Shown here piece by piece: positions 21,178 through 29,884 of a DNA stretch of 32,000 nt. The position numbers were made by a program, and so were the translations under genes. A model generated the notes under the pieces. That model worked only from the letters and a program-made list of their open reading frames with translations, was not told the origin of the DNA and made no database searches. Within the stretch, counting starts at the first letter, position 1. The number at the start of each line of letters is the position of its first letter. Origin of the DNA: Formosa sp. Hel1_33_131 (GTDB taxonomy: Bacteria > Bacteroidota > Bacteroidia > Flavobacteriales > Flavobacteriaceae); NCBI RefSeq assembly GCF_001735745.1, contig NZ_CP017260.1, positions 2,310,001 through 2,342,000 of the forward strand. The letters are read 5' to 3'.

Positions 21178-22077
21178 TTATTCTTTAACTTTTTTAAATA
21201 TTTTTTCTAATGTTGTCTTATATTCCGTGTATATCCAATATGAATCATTCCTTAAAATTGATTCAAGTAACAAATTGTTTTTTTCTTTTTTATATTTTTT
21301 CTTTCTAGATAAACAATAAGAATGATATAGAAGTGTTTCAATATATTTATTGATATAGTATTTTTTAAAACTTTCTTTTGGGTTTCTTTTGTCTGTGGTT
21401 ATTTTAAAATCCTTGAAGTTTAAATCTGAGTATCTATAATATTTCAAGCCATTATATTTAGGATATTTATCTATGTAGCTAAGTGCTTTTTTTAAGTTAG
21501 GTGGTTTAGGTACATTAATATAACCCCAAATCATAGTACCAAAGATTCTCATGCTTTTTAAAAAGAATATTCCTTTTTCAGTATCGTTATCTAGATTGTA
21601 GTCTTTCAATGTAAAATTAACATCAGACAAATCAAATGGCTTATTTTTATTACCAACAGCTGAGAATAGCATTCCATAATAACAAGAAACTAATTCATAA
21701 TAGTTTGTTTTTTCATTTTTAAGTGAATCTATAATTACAAAATTGTCTTCTGCTTCAGCTTCGTGCAAGTTCCAGTTAATTCCACGAATAATATATAAAT
21801 TTTTTAATGTAAGAGTGTCAGCTTTTTTTAAGAATTCTGTTGTTGTTAATTTATTGTTTGATGTAACGATTTCTGAGATAAATCTCTTAGCTTTTAAAAG
21901 CTCTTTAGAAGAAATTGAATTAATCTCCTCATAAGTATTAGTCGGAGGGTCACTTCTGAAATGAAAATTTTTATAAATTTTCGCTAATTTTACTAGTCCT
22001 TTTTCATAATCTGAGTGTTGACCCAAGATATTCTGTGAAAATGAGATTATTAAGATTAAAATGATTGTTTTTTTCAT
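21178..22077 (-). CDS. Hypothetical secreted protein
   Basis: The ORF track gives 21178..22125. The internal Met at 22077 begins a typical signal peptide (MKKTIILILIISFSQNILGQ), so I prefer that start. The protein is very Lys/Asn/Tyr/Ile-rich. No family recognised. Confidence 0.55.
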   Translation of the reverse strand: MKKTIILILIISFSQNILGQHSDYEKGLVKLAKIYKNFHFRSDPPTNTYEEINSISSKELLKAKRFISEIVTSNNKLTTTEFLKKADTLTLKNLYIIRGINWNLHEAEAEDNFVIIDSLKNEKTNYYELVSCYYGMLFSAVGNKNKPFDLSDVNFTLKDYNLDNDTEKGIFFLKSMRIFGTMIWGYINVPKPPNLKKALSYIDKYPKYNGLKYYRYSDLNFKDFKITTDKRNPKESFKKYYINKYIETLLYHSYCLSRKKKYKKEKNNLLLESILRNDSYWIYTEYKTTLEKIFKKVKE

Positions 22078-22208
22078 AGATATTTTATTTAAAAATTTAA
22101 AATCAGGGTATTGTACGTCTAACAACTTCGAAACTCAAAAAGTTTTCGAATATGTTGGATTCCTTTATACCTACTATTCCGTAAGGTCTCCAAACTTTGA
22201 CCCAAGAG

Positions 22209-23354
22209 CTATATTTTCGATCTTATATATTTCTCAAGCCTCCCTGCTTTTTTTAGTTTCACGAATTTTTCAATTTTTTTATTTTCTCCAATTTTACTTT
22301 TATTAAACAAATAAAATTCAATCACGCTTTCAGTACCTGTCAAGTTTGCTTTAAATTTGTTGAATTTTTTTGTTTCCAAAGTATATTTTGACCATCCTGC
22401 CATAAAAATCATTAAGCACTCTGAACAATCCAAATACGGAGTTATTTTTTCAGATAATTCGATTGACACATTTGGACTTCCCGACATCCACTGCATTAAA
22501 AATGCATTTGTTTCTTTTCTTTTTTCGGGATTAACATCAATGGGTGTTTCAAATAACCAATTATAATCTCTAATAACTTTTTGTTCATACTTAGCGTAAT
22601 CTTCTTTGGTCACTAAAGTAATTTCAGAGCTATCGGAATTATCGTCAAATAATTCACTCTCTAAGGCAGGATTTAAGTTTACTCCATTTTCTTTAGCTAA
22701 TAATAAATATTTTTTTGCTTCACTTTTATTGCCACTATGATAATTAATTAAACCCGTTAAATAATAACCTTCACTAAGATAATGTGAATTTGTTTCTTTA
22801 TAAATTTTAACTACTTTTAATGCGTTTTCCAAGGCCATTTCAAAGCTTAAATTCATCATATATGAATTTGCTAATCCAAAGAAGCCTTCAACATTATTTG
22901 GAGAAATCCTTAATATTTCTTTGTATTGCTTTATTGAATTAGCATATTTTTTTTGAATATCAAATACGACGGCTAAATTTTGATGAGCCATAATTCCATC
23001 CGGATAAAGCTCAATTGATTTTGAATAGTATTTGATAGCTTTGTCTAATTTTCCAATTCTTCTATAAACTCTTCCTAAATTGTCATAAGATTCTATAAAT
23101 TGAGAATCTTCTTTTATTGCTTTTAAATAAAATTTTTCAGCGTTAACAAAATCGTTCTTTTCTGAAAAATCAGAAGCCTTTTCAAAATATGATTTTGCTT
23201 TAAGTGATTTTGTGCCTTCGTACATTCCTGTAGATGTTGCTGTTATATTGTTTTTCACGCCGTCAGTAACTACAATATCTTTTTTTTTCTTTTGGGAATA
23301 ACATAATATTGCTAATCCCAAAAATCCTATTGATAAGATTGTTTTTTTATTCAT
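22209..23354 (-). CDS. Secreted TPR-repeat protein with an unknown C-terminal domain
   Basis: 381 aa with a signal peptide (LGLAILCYSQ). It has about five TPR-like repeats (e.g. AEKFYLKAIKEDSQFIESYDNLGRVY, KAIKYYSKSIELYPD). The C-terminal ~130 aa match no family I recognise. Confidence 0.65.
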   Translation of the reverse strand: MNKKTILSIGFLGLAILCYSQKKKKDIVVTDGVKNNITATSTGMYEGTKSLKAKSYFEKASDFSEKNDFVNAEKFYLKAIKEDSQFIESYDNLGRVYRRIGKLDKAIKYYSKSIELYPDGIMAHQNLAVVFDIQKKYANSIKQYKEILRISPNNVEGFFGLANSYMMNLSFEMALENALKVVKIYKETNSHYLSEGYYLTGLINYHSGNKSEAKKYLLLAKENGVNLNPALESELFDDNSDSSEITLVTKEDYAKYEQKVIRDYNWLFETPIDVNPEKRKETNAFLMQWMSGSPNVSIELSEKITPYLDCSECLMIFMAGWSKYTLETKKFNKFKANLTGTESVIEFYLFNKSKIGENKKIEKFVKLKKAGRLEKYIRSKI

Positions 23355-23410
23355 TTCGTATAAATTATGAACAACTCTGTCTAATACATAGAGATGCTCT
23401 GAGTTTAAAA

Positions 23411-23514
23411 TTCACAGAAATTTAATATCTTACTTTCGGTACTATCAATTTTGAAGAGTCAGATTTGAGGTCTAAGTCTGTGATAAAAGTAATGAAAAAA
23501 ATAAGACTTCCAAA
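23411..23514 (-). promoter_or_regulatory. Promoter-leader cassette copy 3 (extended form)
   Basis: On the minus strand, TTTG (23514-23511) is followed by 19 nt and then TACTTTTA (23491-23484). Then comes the leader CAGACTTAGACCTCAAATCTGACTCTTCA (23480-23452). A further 35-nt block at 23445-23411 is identical to 26738-26704. The block ends about 57 nt upstream of the TPR-protein start. Confidence 0.55.
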
Positions 23515-23624
23515 TATTTTTTACTGCTAAGCTGCTTAAATTTATCAGTTTAGGGAGTTGTTGGTTACACCTTTTTTTTATGGAAAGCGATTTATTTATC
23601 TATAAAAATTGTTGTCGGTGTTTG

Positions 23625-24056
23625 TTATCGTTTTGTTTTTCGTTCCGCTACGAAATTGTCGAGATACATAGTTTTAGCTACTGAACCCTCTATATAGTAC
23701 AGGCTAATTTCAGCTTGTTGGTTTTTACATTCAGCACCAATAGAGTCCTCTTTGAGAGGGATTTCTAAAATATAATTCCCTTTTTTGGTAATTTTTTCTG
23801 AGTAGCTTGCTGACAATTCTTTTTTGAGTAAATAAGAATTGACTTTATAGCATTTCCCTTTTTTAAATACAACGATACTATCAATCTTTATAGTTTTATC
23901 TGTATGTACAGAATAGTTTAAAACATAGTTTGTGTATGTTTTTTCAGATTGAAGACCTGGGTAAACAGTTTGCTTAATTTTAGATGTTAATTTTAAAGAA
24001 GAATTACAGCCTGAAAAAAGTAAAAGATAGAGTGTGAGAAACAAGGTAGCCTTCAT
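23625..24056 (-). CDS. Hypothetical small lipoprotein
   Basis: 143 aa with a lipobox-like signal peptide (LLLFSGC). The mature part looks beta-rich. No family recognised. Confidence 0.55.
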   Translation of the reverse strand: MKATLFLTLYLLLFSGCNSSLKLTSKIKQTVYPGLQSEKTYTNYVLNYSVHTDKTIKIDSIVVFKKGKCYKVNSYLLKKELSASYSEKITKKGNYILEIPLKEDSIGAECKNQQAEISLYYIEGSVAKTMYLDNFVAERKTKR

Positions 24057-24122
24057 GTGTTATTTAATAACGAATAGAAACTATTGAAGTCGTTTTCACT
24101 TCAATAATTTCTATGATAAGTT

Positions 24123-26636
24123 TTAATTTAAAATTATTTTTTTAGTAATACTTTTATTGTTGTTAGTGAATTTCACAAGATAAAGCCCCTTTGAGAAGGA
24201 AGCAAGATTTACGTTTTCTTCAATGGAATTGGTTTTAAGTTCTTTAACAACTGCTCCAATTACATTATAAATTAAGATGGTTGTTTCTCCAGTTAAATTA
24301 TTGAGTTTAATATTAAAACGCTTGTTTTTTGTTGGGTTTGGGTAAATACTTACTGCGTTTTCAGCTAATTGTTCTTTTTCTATATTTAAAGACGCCGCAT
24401 CTATTGGAGCTTCCCAAACACCTCTTCCAAAAGTAGCGACTCTTAACTTTTCAGTGGCATAATGAATTTCTAAATCGTAAACAATTACATTAGGTAGTCC
24501 AGTTCCTAATTTAACCCAGTCTCCAGCTGTATTCGTTCTGTAATACACTCCTAAATCTGTGGCTAAAAAAAGCTCTCCATCTGTACTAGCTGTTTTGTAT
24601 CGTATTTGGTGCGTTGGTATGTTTGGCAAAGAACCTGTAATATTAGTCCAATTAGCTCCACTATCTGTAGATTTATAAACTTTTCCAGTCTGATACCCTG
24701 AATATGCGATGTATACTTCGCTTGGATTCGTCGGGTGCACTTCTATACTTTTTACATTTCCTACTTGGGGTTTGGTAATTGCTGTCCATGATGTTCCGCC
24801 ATTAGCTGTTCTTTTTACTAGTCCATTTGTTCCTGAAACATATATGACATCAGCGTTTGAGGGTGCGATAGAAATATACTCTATTGATCCGACTCCAGAG
24901 CTTAAGTTCGTCCAAGAATCGCCTCTATTTGTAGATTTATAAATATCCCCAAACCCTCCAAAAATAGTAGTTGGAACTGTTGGGTGAATTTCTAATTCCC
25001 ATACAAACGGAGCTCCAGAAGGCGTTCCTACATTTTGTGAGTTAACAAACCCGTCCATAGTTCTGGACATTGATCCTGCTTGACTACACGTCCAAGCAAT
25101 AGTGGAGTTTGAATAATCCCACAAGCCTTCAACGCCATCGCTTCCTGGATTTGCTCCTGTAATTGTTCCTCCATCAAAAACAGCGATATCATTATCTTGT
25201 GCCCCCGCTATTAGTTTCCCAGCATTTTGAGGCGTTCCAGAAACATTATAATATTGTGCAATTGCTAATCCAGAAGATAAATCTGTCCATGGGGTGTTTA
25301 TAGATGCATCTCCTCTAAATATTCCTCCATCGTTAACTGAAAAAGCAGTATTGGTTCCGGGAATAAATTTCATATCATGATGGTCTGAATGTACGTAAAA
25401 ATAAGGATTTCCTTGTACCCAATACCCATCTAAATATTTTTCCCAAGTGGCCCCTCCGTCAGAAGATCTCCAGCCTTCTATGCCTCCAGCTAAAATTAAA
25501 TCCTTATTTAAAGGTGAAATTGCAAGTGTCATATCATAACCTCCTTGAGGATTATATCCTGAAATTGTAGAGATGGTTGTCCACGTTGATCCTTGATCAA
25601 TGGATTTTCTTAGAACTCCATTAGTATCTAAAGTTAATATCAAATCAGTATCGTTTGCTGTCAGTGCTAAGTCTAACCTGCTAGATGAAGGGCTTGATGC
25701 TAGAGACCAATTTGCACCATTATTAGTAGAGACATAAAATTTACCCCATATAGATGTTGCATATAAAACACTGTTACTTCCAATCTTATAGGCAATATCA
25801 TTGAAAGTAGCAGAACTTTCGGTAAACACATCGGTCCAAGTGGTACCCCCATCTGTTGTTCGTTTAATATTGTTTCTTGTGGTTGCGAAAACAGTATTTA
25901 CATTGTTTGGATCAATCAGTAATTTGCTTATAATATCATTTTGACCAAGAGTAAAAGCAAGACCTGTACTCGCCCAATCATCTCCGCCATTTGTAGATTT
26001 AAAAACTCCGATAGACCTATTATGTCTACCATCCCAATCACCAGTTGCTATGTACAAAATATTAGTATTTGTTGGGTTAATCACTATGTCTGAAACCCCA
26101 AGGTTTGCGAGATCGTCTCCTTTTGGTGTCCATGTTGTTCCTCCATTTATGGTTTTCCAGATACCGCCAGCAGGACTGCCAACATAAATTGTATTCACAT
26201 CAGTACCATTAAAAGCGATGGCATTAAGTCTGCCCATTCCTGGATAATAAGGGATAGAAGATGTCGGTAGTGTTGAAGGGCCAATTAAAGTCCAATTAAC
26301 GGAATTAACATTTCTGCCATTTAAACGTAAATTATTTTGACGTTGTTTTTCGTTTTTCCACGCATTATAAGTATGAGCTGCAGAAATAAATGAACCATCT
26401 GCTAGAATTCGATCTTTCCAAAAAGCAGCCCAACGATCAAATTGTTTGACTTGTTTTTTGCTTCTTCTGTCCGTTTGATTTCTTAGCGGAAGTAATCTCG
26501 CTTCATTCTCCGCTACAATATCATAATAGTTGGCACTTTCTTGTAATGATGAATTCCGCCAATCGTTGGTTTGTGCAATAGAATTATTAAAAAATAATAG
26601 TAAGCTTCCAAATAAAAATAGTAGTTGTTTTTTCAT
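24123..26636 (-). CDS. BNR/sortilin-like (VPS10-type) beta-propeller protein with a T9SS C-terminal sorting domain
   Basis: 837 aa with a signal peptide. It has at least seven S/T-x-D/N-x-G-x-T/S-W BNR motifs (STNGGDDW, TTDGGTTW, SIDQGSTW, SSDGGATW, STNRGDSW, TANGGTSW, STDSGANW). The C-terminal ~80 aa (IYPNPT...LYLVKF...KKIILN) look like a type-A T9SS CTD. Confidence 0.8.
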   Translation of the reverse strand: MKKQLLFLFGSLLLFFNNSIAQTNDWRNSSLQESANYYDIVAENEARLLPLRNQTDRRSKKQVKQFDRWAAFWKDRILADGSFISAAHTYNAWKNEKQRQNNLRLNGRNVNSVNWTLIGPSTLPTSSIPYYPGMGRLNAIAFNGTDVNTIYVGSPAGGIWKTINGGTTWTPKGDDLANLGVSDIVINPTNTNILYIATGDWDGRHNRSIGVFKSTNGGDDWASTGLAFTLGQNDIISKLLIDPNNVNTVFATTRNNIKRTTDGGTTWTDVFTESSATFNDIAYKIGSNSVLYATSIWGKFYVSTNNGANWSLASSPSSSRLDLALTANDTDLILTLDTNGVLRKSIDQGSTWTTISTISGYNPQGGYDMTLAISPLNKDLILAGGIEGWRSSDGGATWEKYLDGYWVQGNPYFYVHSDHHDMKFIPGTNTAFSVNDGGIFRGDASINTPWTDLSSGLAIAQYYNVSGTPQNAGKLIAGAQDNDIAVFDGGTITGANPGSDGVEGLWDYSNSTIAWTCSQAGSMSRTMDGFVNSQNVGTPSGAPFVWELEIHPTVPTTIFGGFGDIYKSTNRGDSWTNLSSGVGSIEYISIAPSNADVIYVSGTNGLVKRTANGGTSWTAITKPQVGNVKSIEVHPTNPSEVYIAYSGYQTGKVYKSTDSGANWTNITGSLPNIPTHQIRYKTASTDGELFLATDLGVYYRTNTAGDWVKLGTGLPNVIVYDLEIHYATEKLRVATFGRGVWEAPIDAASLNIEKEQLAENAVSIYPNPTKNKRFNIKLNNLTGETTILIYNVIGAVVKELKTNSIEENVNLASFSKGLYLVKFTNNNKSITKKIILN

Positions 26637-26703
26637 AATATGTTGCTTTAGTATAGGTTTAAAATTTAGTATTAAATAGATATCAGAATTTTTCTAATAA
26701 TCA

Positions 26704-26808
26704 TTCACAGAAATTTAATATCTTACTTTCGGTACTATAAAGTATTGAAGAGTCCTATTTGAGGTCTAAGTCTGTTATAAAAGTAATAAAATAAATGGAA
26801 CCGCCAAA
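26704..26808 (-). promoter_or_regulatory. Promoter-leader cassette copy 4 (extended form)
   Basis: On the minus strand, TTTG (26808-26805) is followed by 19 nt and then TACTTTTA (26785-26778). Then comes the leader CAGACTTAGACCTCAAATAGGACTCTTCA (26774-26746) and the 35-nt block at 26738-26704. It is upstream of the BNR/T9SS gene, in the divergent region shared with the GH3 gene. Confidence 0.55.
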
Positions 26809-26966
26809 TAAATCTTAAGGTTAACTTGTTTATATCTATTAATTTAGAGGGTTCGTATTTAGAAAAACAAATCACAAATACTAAATTGCTCTTAAAAACA
26901 TTCAGTGTTTCTATTAAAAATAGTAACTTGGTATTGGATTTAACTCCACTATTTTTAAAACCATTT

Positions 26967-29882
26967 ATGCGCCATTTTTTTACACTCTTTTGTTTTATTT
27001 TTTCGCTCTCACTTTTCGCTCAAGAATCGGCTTCTCCTTTGGACACTTCCGATGTAGAGCTGCAAAAAACATGGGTGGACAGTACTTACAATGCACTTAG
27101 CCTGAAAGAAAAAATTGGACAATTGTATATGGTGCAAGTATTTTCTAATCAAGATTTAGCCACCAAAAAAACGATTCTAAACCAAATTACTGCCAATCAT
27201 ATTGGAGGCGTTATCTATTCCAATGGAGGCCCCGTGCGACAAGCCCAACTAAATAATGAGCTACAAGCTGCTTCCAAAATTCCTTTGTTAGTTGGGATGG
27301 ATGCGGAGTGGGGACTGAGCATGCGTTTGGATTCTACCTATGCTTTTCCATGGAATATGACTTTGGGAGCTGTGAAAAATTTAGACCTCATACGTCAAAC
27401 CGGTGTTCAAATAGGAGAGCATTGCAAACGGATTGGCGTGCATTTTAACTTTGCCCCCGTAGTGGATATCAATACCAATCCCAAAAATCCAATCATTGGA
27501 AATCGCTCTTTTGGAGAAGAAAAAGAAGAAGTCACCAAACGTTCTTTAGCGTTTATGGAAGGGATGCAAAGCGTAGGCGTGTTGGCAAATGCCAAACATT
27601 TTCCGGGGCATGGCGATACCAGTTCCGATTCGCACAAGACACTTCCCACAATTAATTTCTCAGCCAAACGCATTGATTCCCTAGAATTATATCCTTACAA
27701 ACAACTCATTTCAAAAGGACTGTCGTCTGTGATGGTCGCCCATCTTAATGTGCCCAATCTCGATTCAAGACCCGAGTATCCATCCTCTTTATCCTATCCA
27801 ATTGTCACCGATTTACTAAAAGAAAAATTAGGATTTAAAGGTTTGATTTTTACCGATGCACTGAGTATGAAAGGCGCTTCTAATTTTAGCAGTCCCGGAG
27901 AAATAGATTTGCAAGCCTTTTTGGCTGGAAATGATGTGATGCTCATGTCTAATGATGTCACTCAAGGCATAGATGCTTTGCAGAAAGCCGTGGAATCGGG
28001 CGTTATTTCAGAAGAGCGTTTAGCCCATTCTGTCAAAAAAATATTAAGTGCCAAATACAAGGTTGGACTGCATCAATTTGAGCCCATCGATACCACCAAT
28101 TTAGGTGCCGATTTGAATCGCCAAAAAGACGATCTGTTGTATGGGGAATTGATGGAAAATGCAATCACGCTGGTTCAAAATAAGAAAGCTGTTTTGCCAC
28201 TCAAAAATTTAGAATTACACAAAATTGCCTATGTCAATATGGGCGATACCGATGCAAGCCCGTTTGTCAATACACTCAACAAATACACCCAAGTGGATGT
28301 CGTAAATGCCAAAAATTTAGATGCATTGATAACGTCTTTAAGTAACTACAACACCGTGATTGTTGGCTTTCATAAATCCAATGCAAACCCTTGGAAATCG
28401 TATCAATTTAGGGATAAGGAACTCGTGTGGCTTTATGAAATAGCACGCACCAACAACGTGATTTTAACCCTGTTTGCAAAACCGTATGCTTTGAATGATT
28501 TCAAGACGTTTGAAAACTTTGAAAGCATTCTGATGGCGTATCAAAACAGTCCGATTGCGCAGCAAAAAGCCGCTCAAATTATTTTTGGAGCCTTGCCGGC
28601 CAAAGGAATTTTGCCTGTGAGTTGTGGCATCAACTTTAAAGCAGGCGCTGGTTTACCAACCACTTCCTTAAATCGATTGACTTACGGATTGCCAGAATCG
28701 GTGGGGATGGATGCAACGCGCTTACAGAAAATTGATTCCATCGCGAACTATGCTATTTCGGAACAAATGACCCCAGGTATTCAATTGTTAGTGGCACGCA
28801 AAGGAAAAGTGATTTACGAAAAATCGTTTGGGTACCACACCTATAAAAAAGCATCTGAAGTAAAGTTTAATACCCTTTATGACGTGGCGTCTCTCACTAA
28901 AATATTAGCCACACTTCCCTTGCTTATGGAGTTGGTTGATTCAGGAGTGATTGGTTTAGATTCTACCTTAGGCGACTTATTGCCGTCCTATAAAAACACC
29001 AATAAAGAAGCCATTACAATTCAGGAGATGCTTTCTCATTTTGCACAACTAAAACCATGGATTCCATTTTATGTATCTACCTTAGACTCTGTTACTCAAA
29101 AACCAAACCCTAAGTTTTATAAAGTTAAACCTTCTAATAAATTTCCAATAAAAATAAACGAACAGTTATATCTACGAAAGGATTTTAGGGATAGTATTCA
29201 AAATCGAATCATCAATTCAGAATTGCTCGAAGAACAAGAATATCGTTACAGCGACTTACCTTATTATATTTTAAAATCAATTATAGAAAATCATTATAAT
29301 TTACCACTGGATGCATTGGTACAACAGCATTTTTATAAATCATTAGGGGCTAATTATACAACCTATAAACCGTTAGAGAAGTTTAGTAAATACCAGATCA
29401 CTCCCACAGAAATAGATGATTATTTTCGATATGATACCGTACATGGATATGTGCATGATATGGGTGCTGCAATGCAAGATGGTGTTGGTGGACACGCAGG
29501 TTTATTTAGTAATGCCAATGATGTTGCAAAACTGATGCAAATGTATCTTCAAGAAGGGGTTTATGGAAGGAAACGTTATTTCTCAACAGATACATTTAAG
29601 ACGTTTAATACCTGTCATTATTGCGATCAAGAAAACCGTCGCGGCATTGGATTTGATAAACCACAATTAGAAGACGAAGGCCCTACCTGTGGTTGTTTGT
29701 CGATGACGAGTTTTGGACATTCAGGATTTACGGGAACTTATGCATGGGCAGATCCAGAAGAAGAAATAGTTTATGTATTTTTGGCCAATAGAACGTTTCC
29801 GAAATCCGATCCGAATCGGCTTTCACAAGAAAACATTAGAACGGAAATACAACGTTTGATCTACGAATCAATTATAGAATAA
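26967..29882 (+). CDS. Glycoside hydrolase family 3 (NagZ-like beta-N-acetylhexosaminidase) fused to a serine beta-lactamase/PBP-like hydrolase
   Basis: The ORF track starts at 26826. The Met at 26967 begins a signal peptide (MRHFFTLFCFIFSLSLFAQ), and the upstream extension would overlap the cassette-4 region. The GH3 motifs are GMDAEWG and KHFPGHGDTSSDSH. The C-terminal half has SxxK (ASLTK), YSD and HSGFTG motifs of the class-C beta-lactamase/esterase fold. Confidence 0.85.
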   Translation: MRHFFTLFCFIFSLSLFAQESASPLDTSDVELQKTWVDSTYNALSLKEKIGQLYMVQVFSNQDLATKKTILNQITANHIGGVIYSNGGPVRQAQLNNELQAASKIPLLVGMDAEWGLSMRLDSTYAFPWNMTLGAVKNLDLIRQTGVQIGEHCKRIGVHFNFAPVVDINTNPKNPIIGNRSFGEEKEEVTKRSLAFMEGMQSVGVLANAKHFPGHGDTSSDSHKTLPTINFSAKRIDSLELYPYKQLISKGLSSVMVAHLNVPNLDSRPEYPSSLSYPIVTDLLKEKLGFKGLIFTDALSMKGASNFSSPGEIDLQAFLAGNDVMLMSNDVTQGIDALQKAVESGVISEERLAHSVKKILSAKYKVGLHQFEPIDTTNLGADLNRQKDDLLYGELMENAITLVQNKKAVLPLKNLELHKIAYVNMGDTDASPFVNTLNKYTQVDVVNAKNLDALITSLSNYNTVIVGFHKSNANPWKSYQFRDKELVWLYEIARTNNVILTLFAKPYALNDFKTFENFESILMAYQNSPIAQQKAAQIIFGALPAKGILPVSCGINFKAGAGLPTTSLNRLTYGLPESVGMDATRLQKIDSIANYAISEQMTPGIQLLVARKGKVIYEKSFGYHTYKKASEVKFNTLYDVASLTKILATLPLLMELVDSGVIGLDSTLGDLLPSYKNTNKEAITIQEMLSHFAQLKPWIPFYVSTLDSVTQKPNPKFYKVKPSNKFPIKINEQLYLRKDFRDSIQNRIINSELLEEQEYRYSDLPYYILKSIIENHYNLPLDALVQQHFYKSLGANYTTYKPLEKFSKYQITPTEIDDYFRYDTVHGYVHDMGAAMQDGVGGHAGLFSNANDVAKLMQMYLQEGVYGRKRYFSTDTFKTFNTCHYCDQENRRGIGFDKPQLEDEGPTCGCLSMTSFGHSGFTGTYAWADPEEEIVYVFLANRTFPKSDPNRLSQENIRTEIQRLIYESIIE

Positions 29883-29884
29883 TT

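Noticed and set aside
22078-22125. A 16-codon 5' extension of the 315-aa ORF (MLDVQYPDFKFLNKIS)
   Set aside because: The Met at 22077 starts a typical Lys-rich n-region followed by a hydrophobic signal peptide. The longer form would bury that signal peptide.
26826-26966. A 47-codon 5' extension of the GH3 ORF (MFISINLEGSYLEK...)
   Set aside because: The extension precedes a canonical signal peptide beginning at the Met at 26967, runs back toward the cassette-4 region, and has intergenic-like AT-rich composition. A candidate TTG-N19-TATTTTTA promoter (26928-26957) lies inside it.
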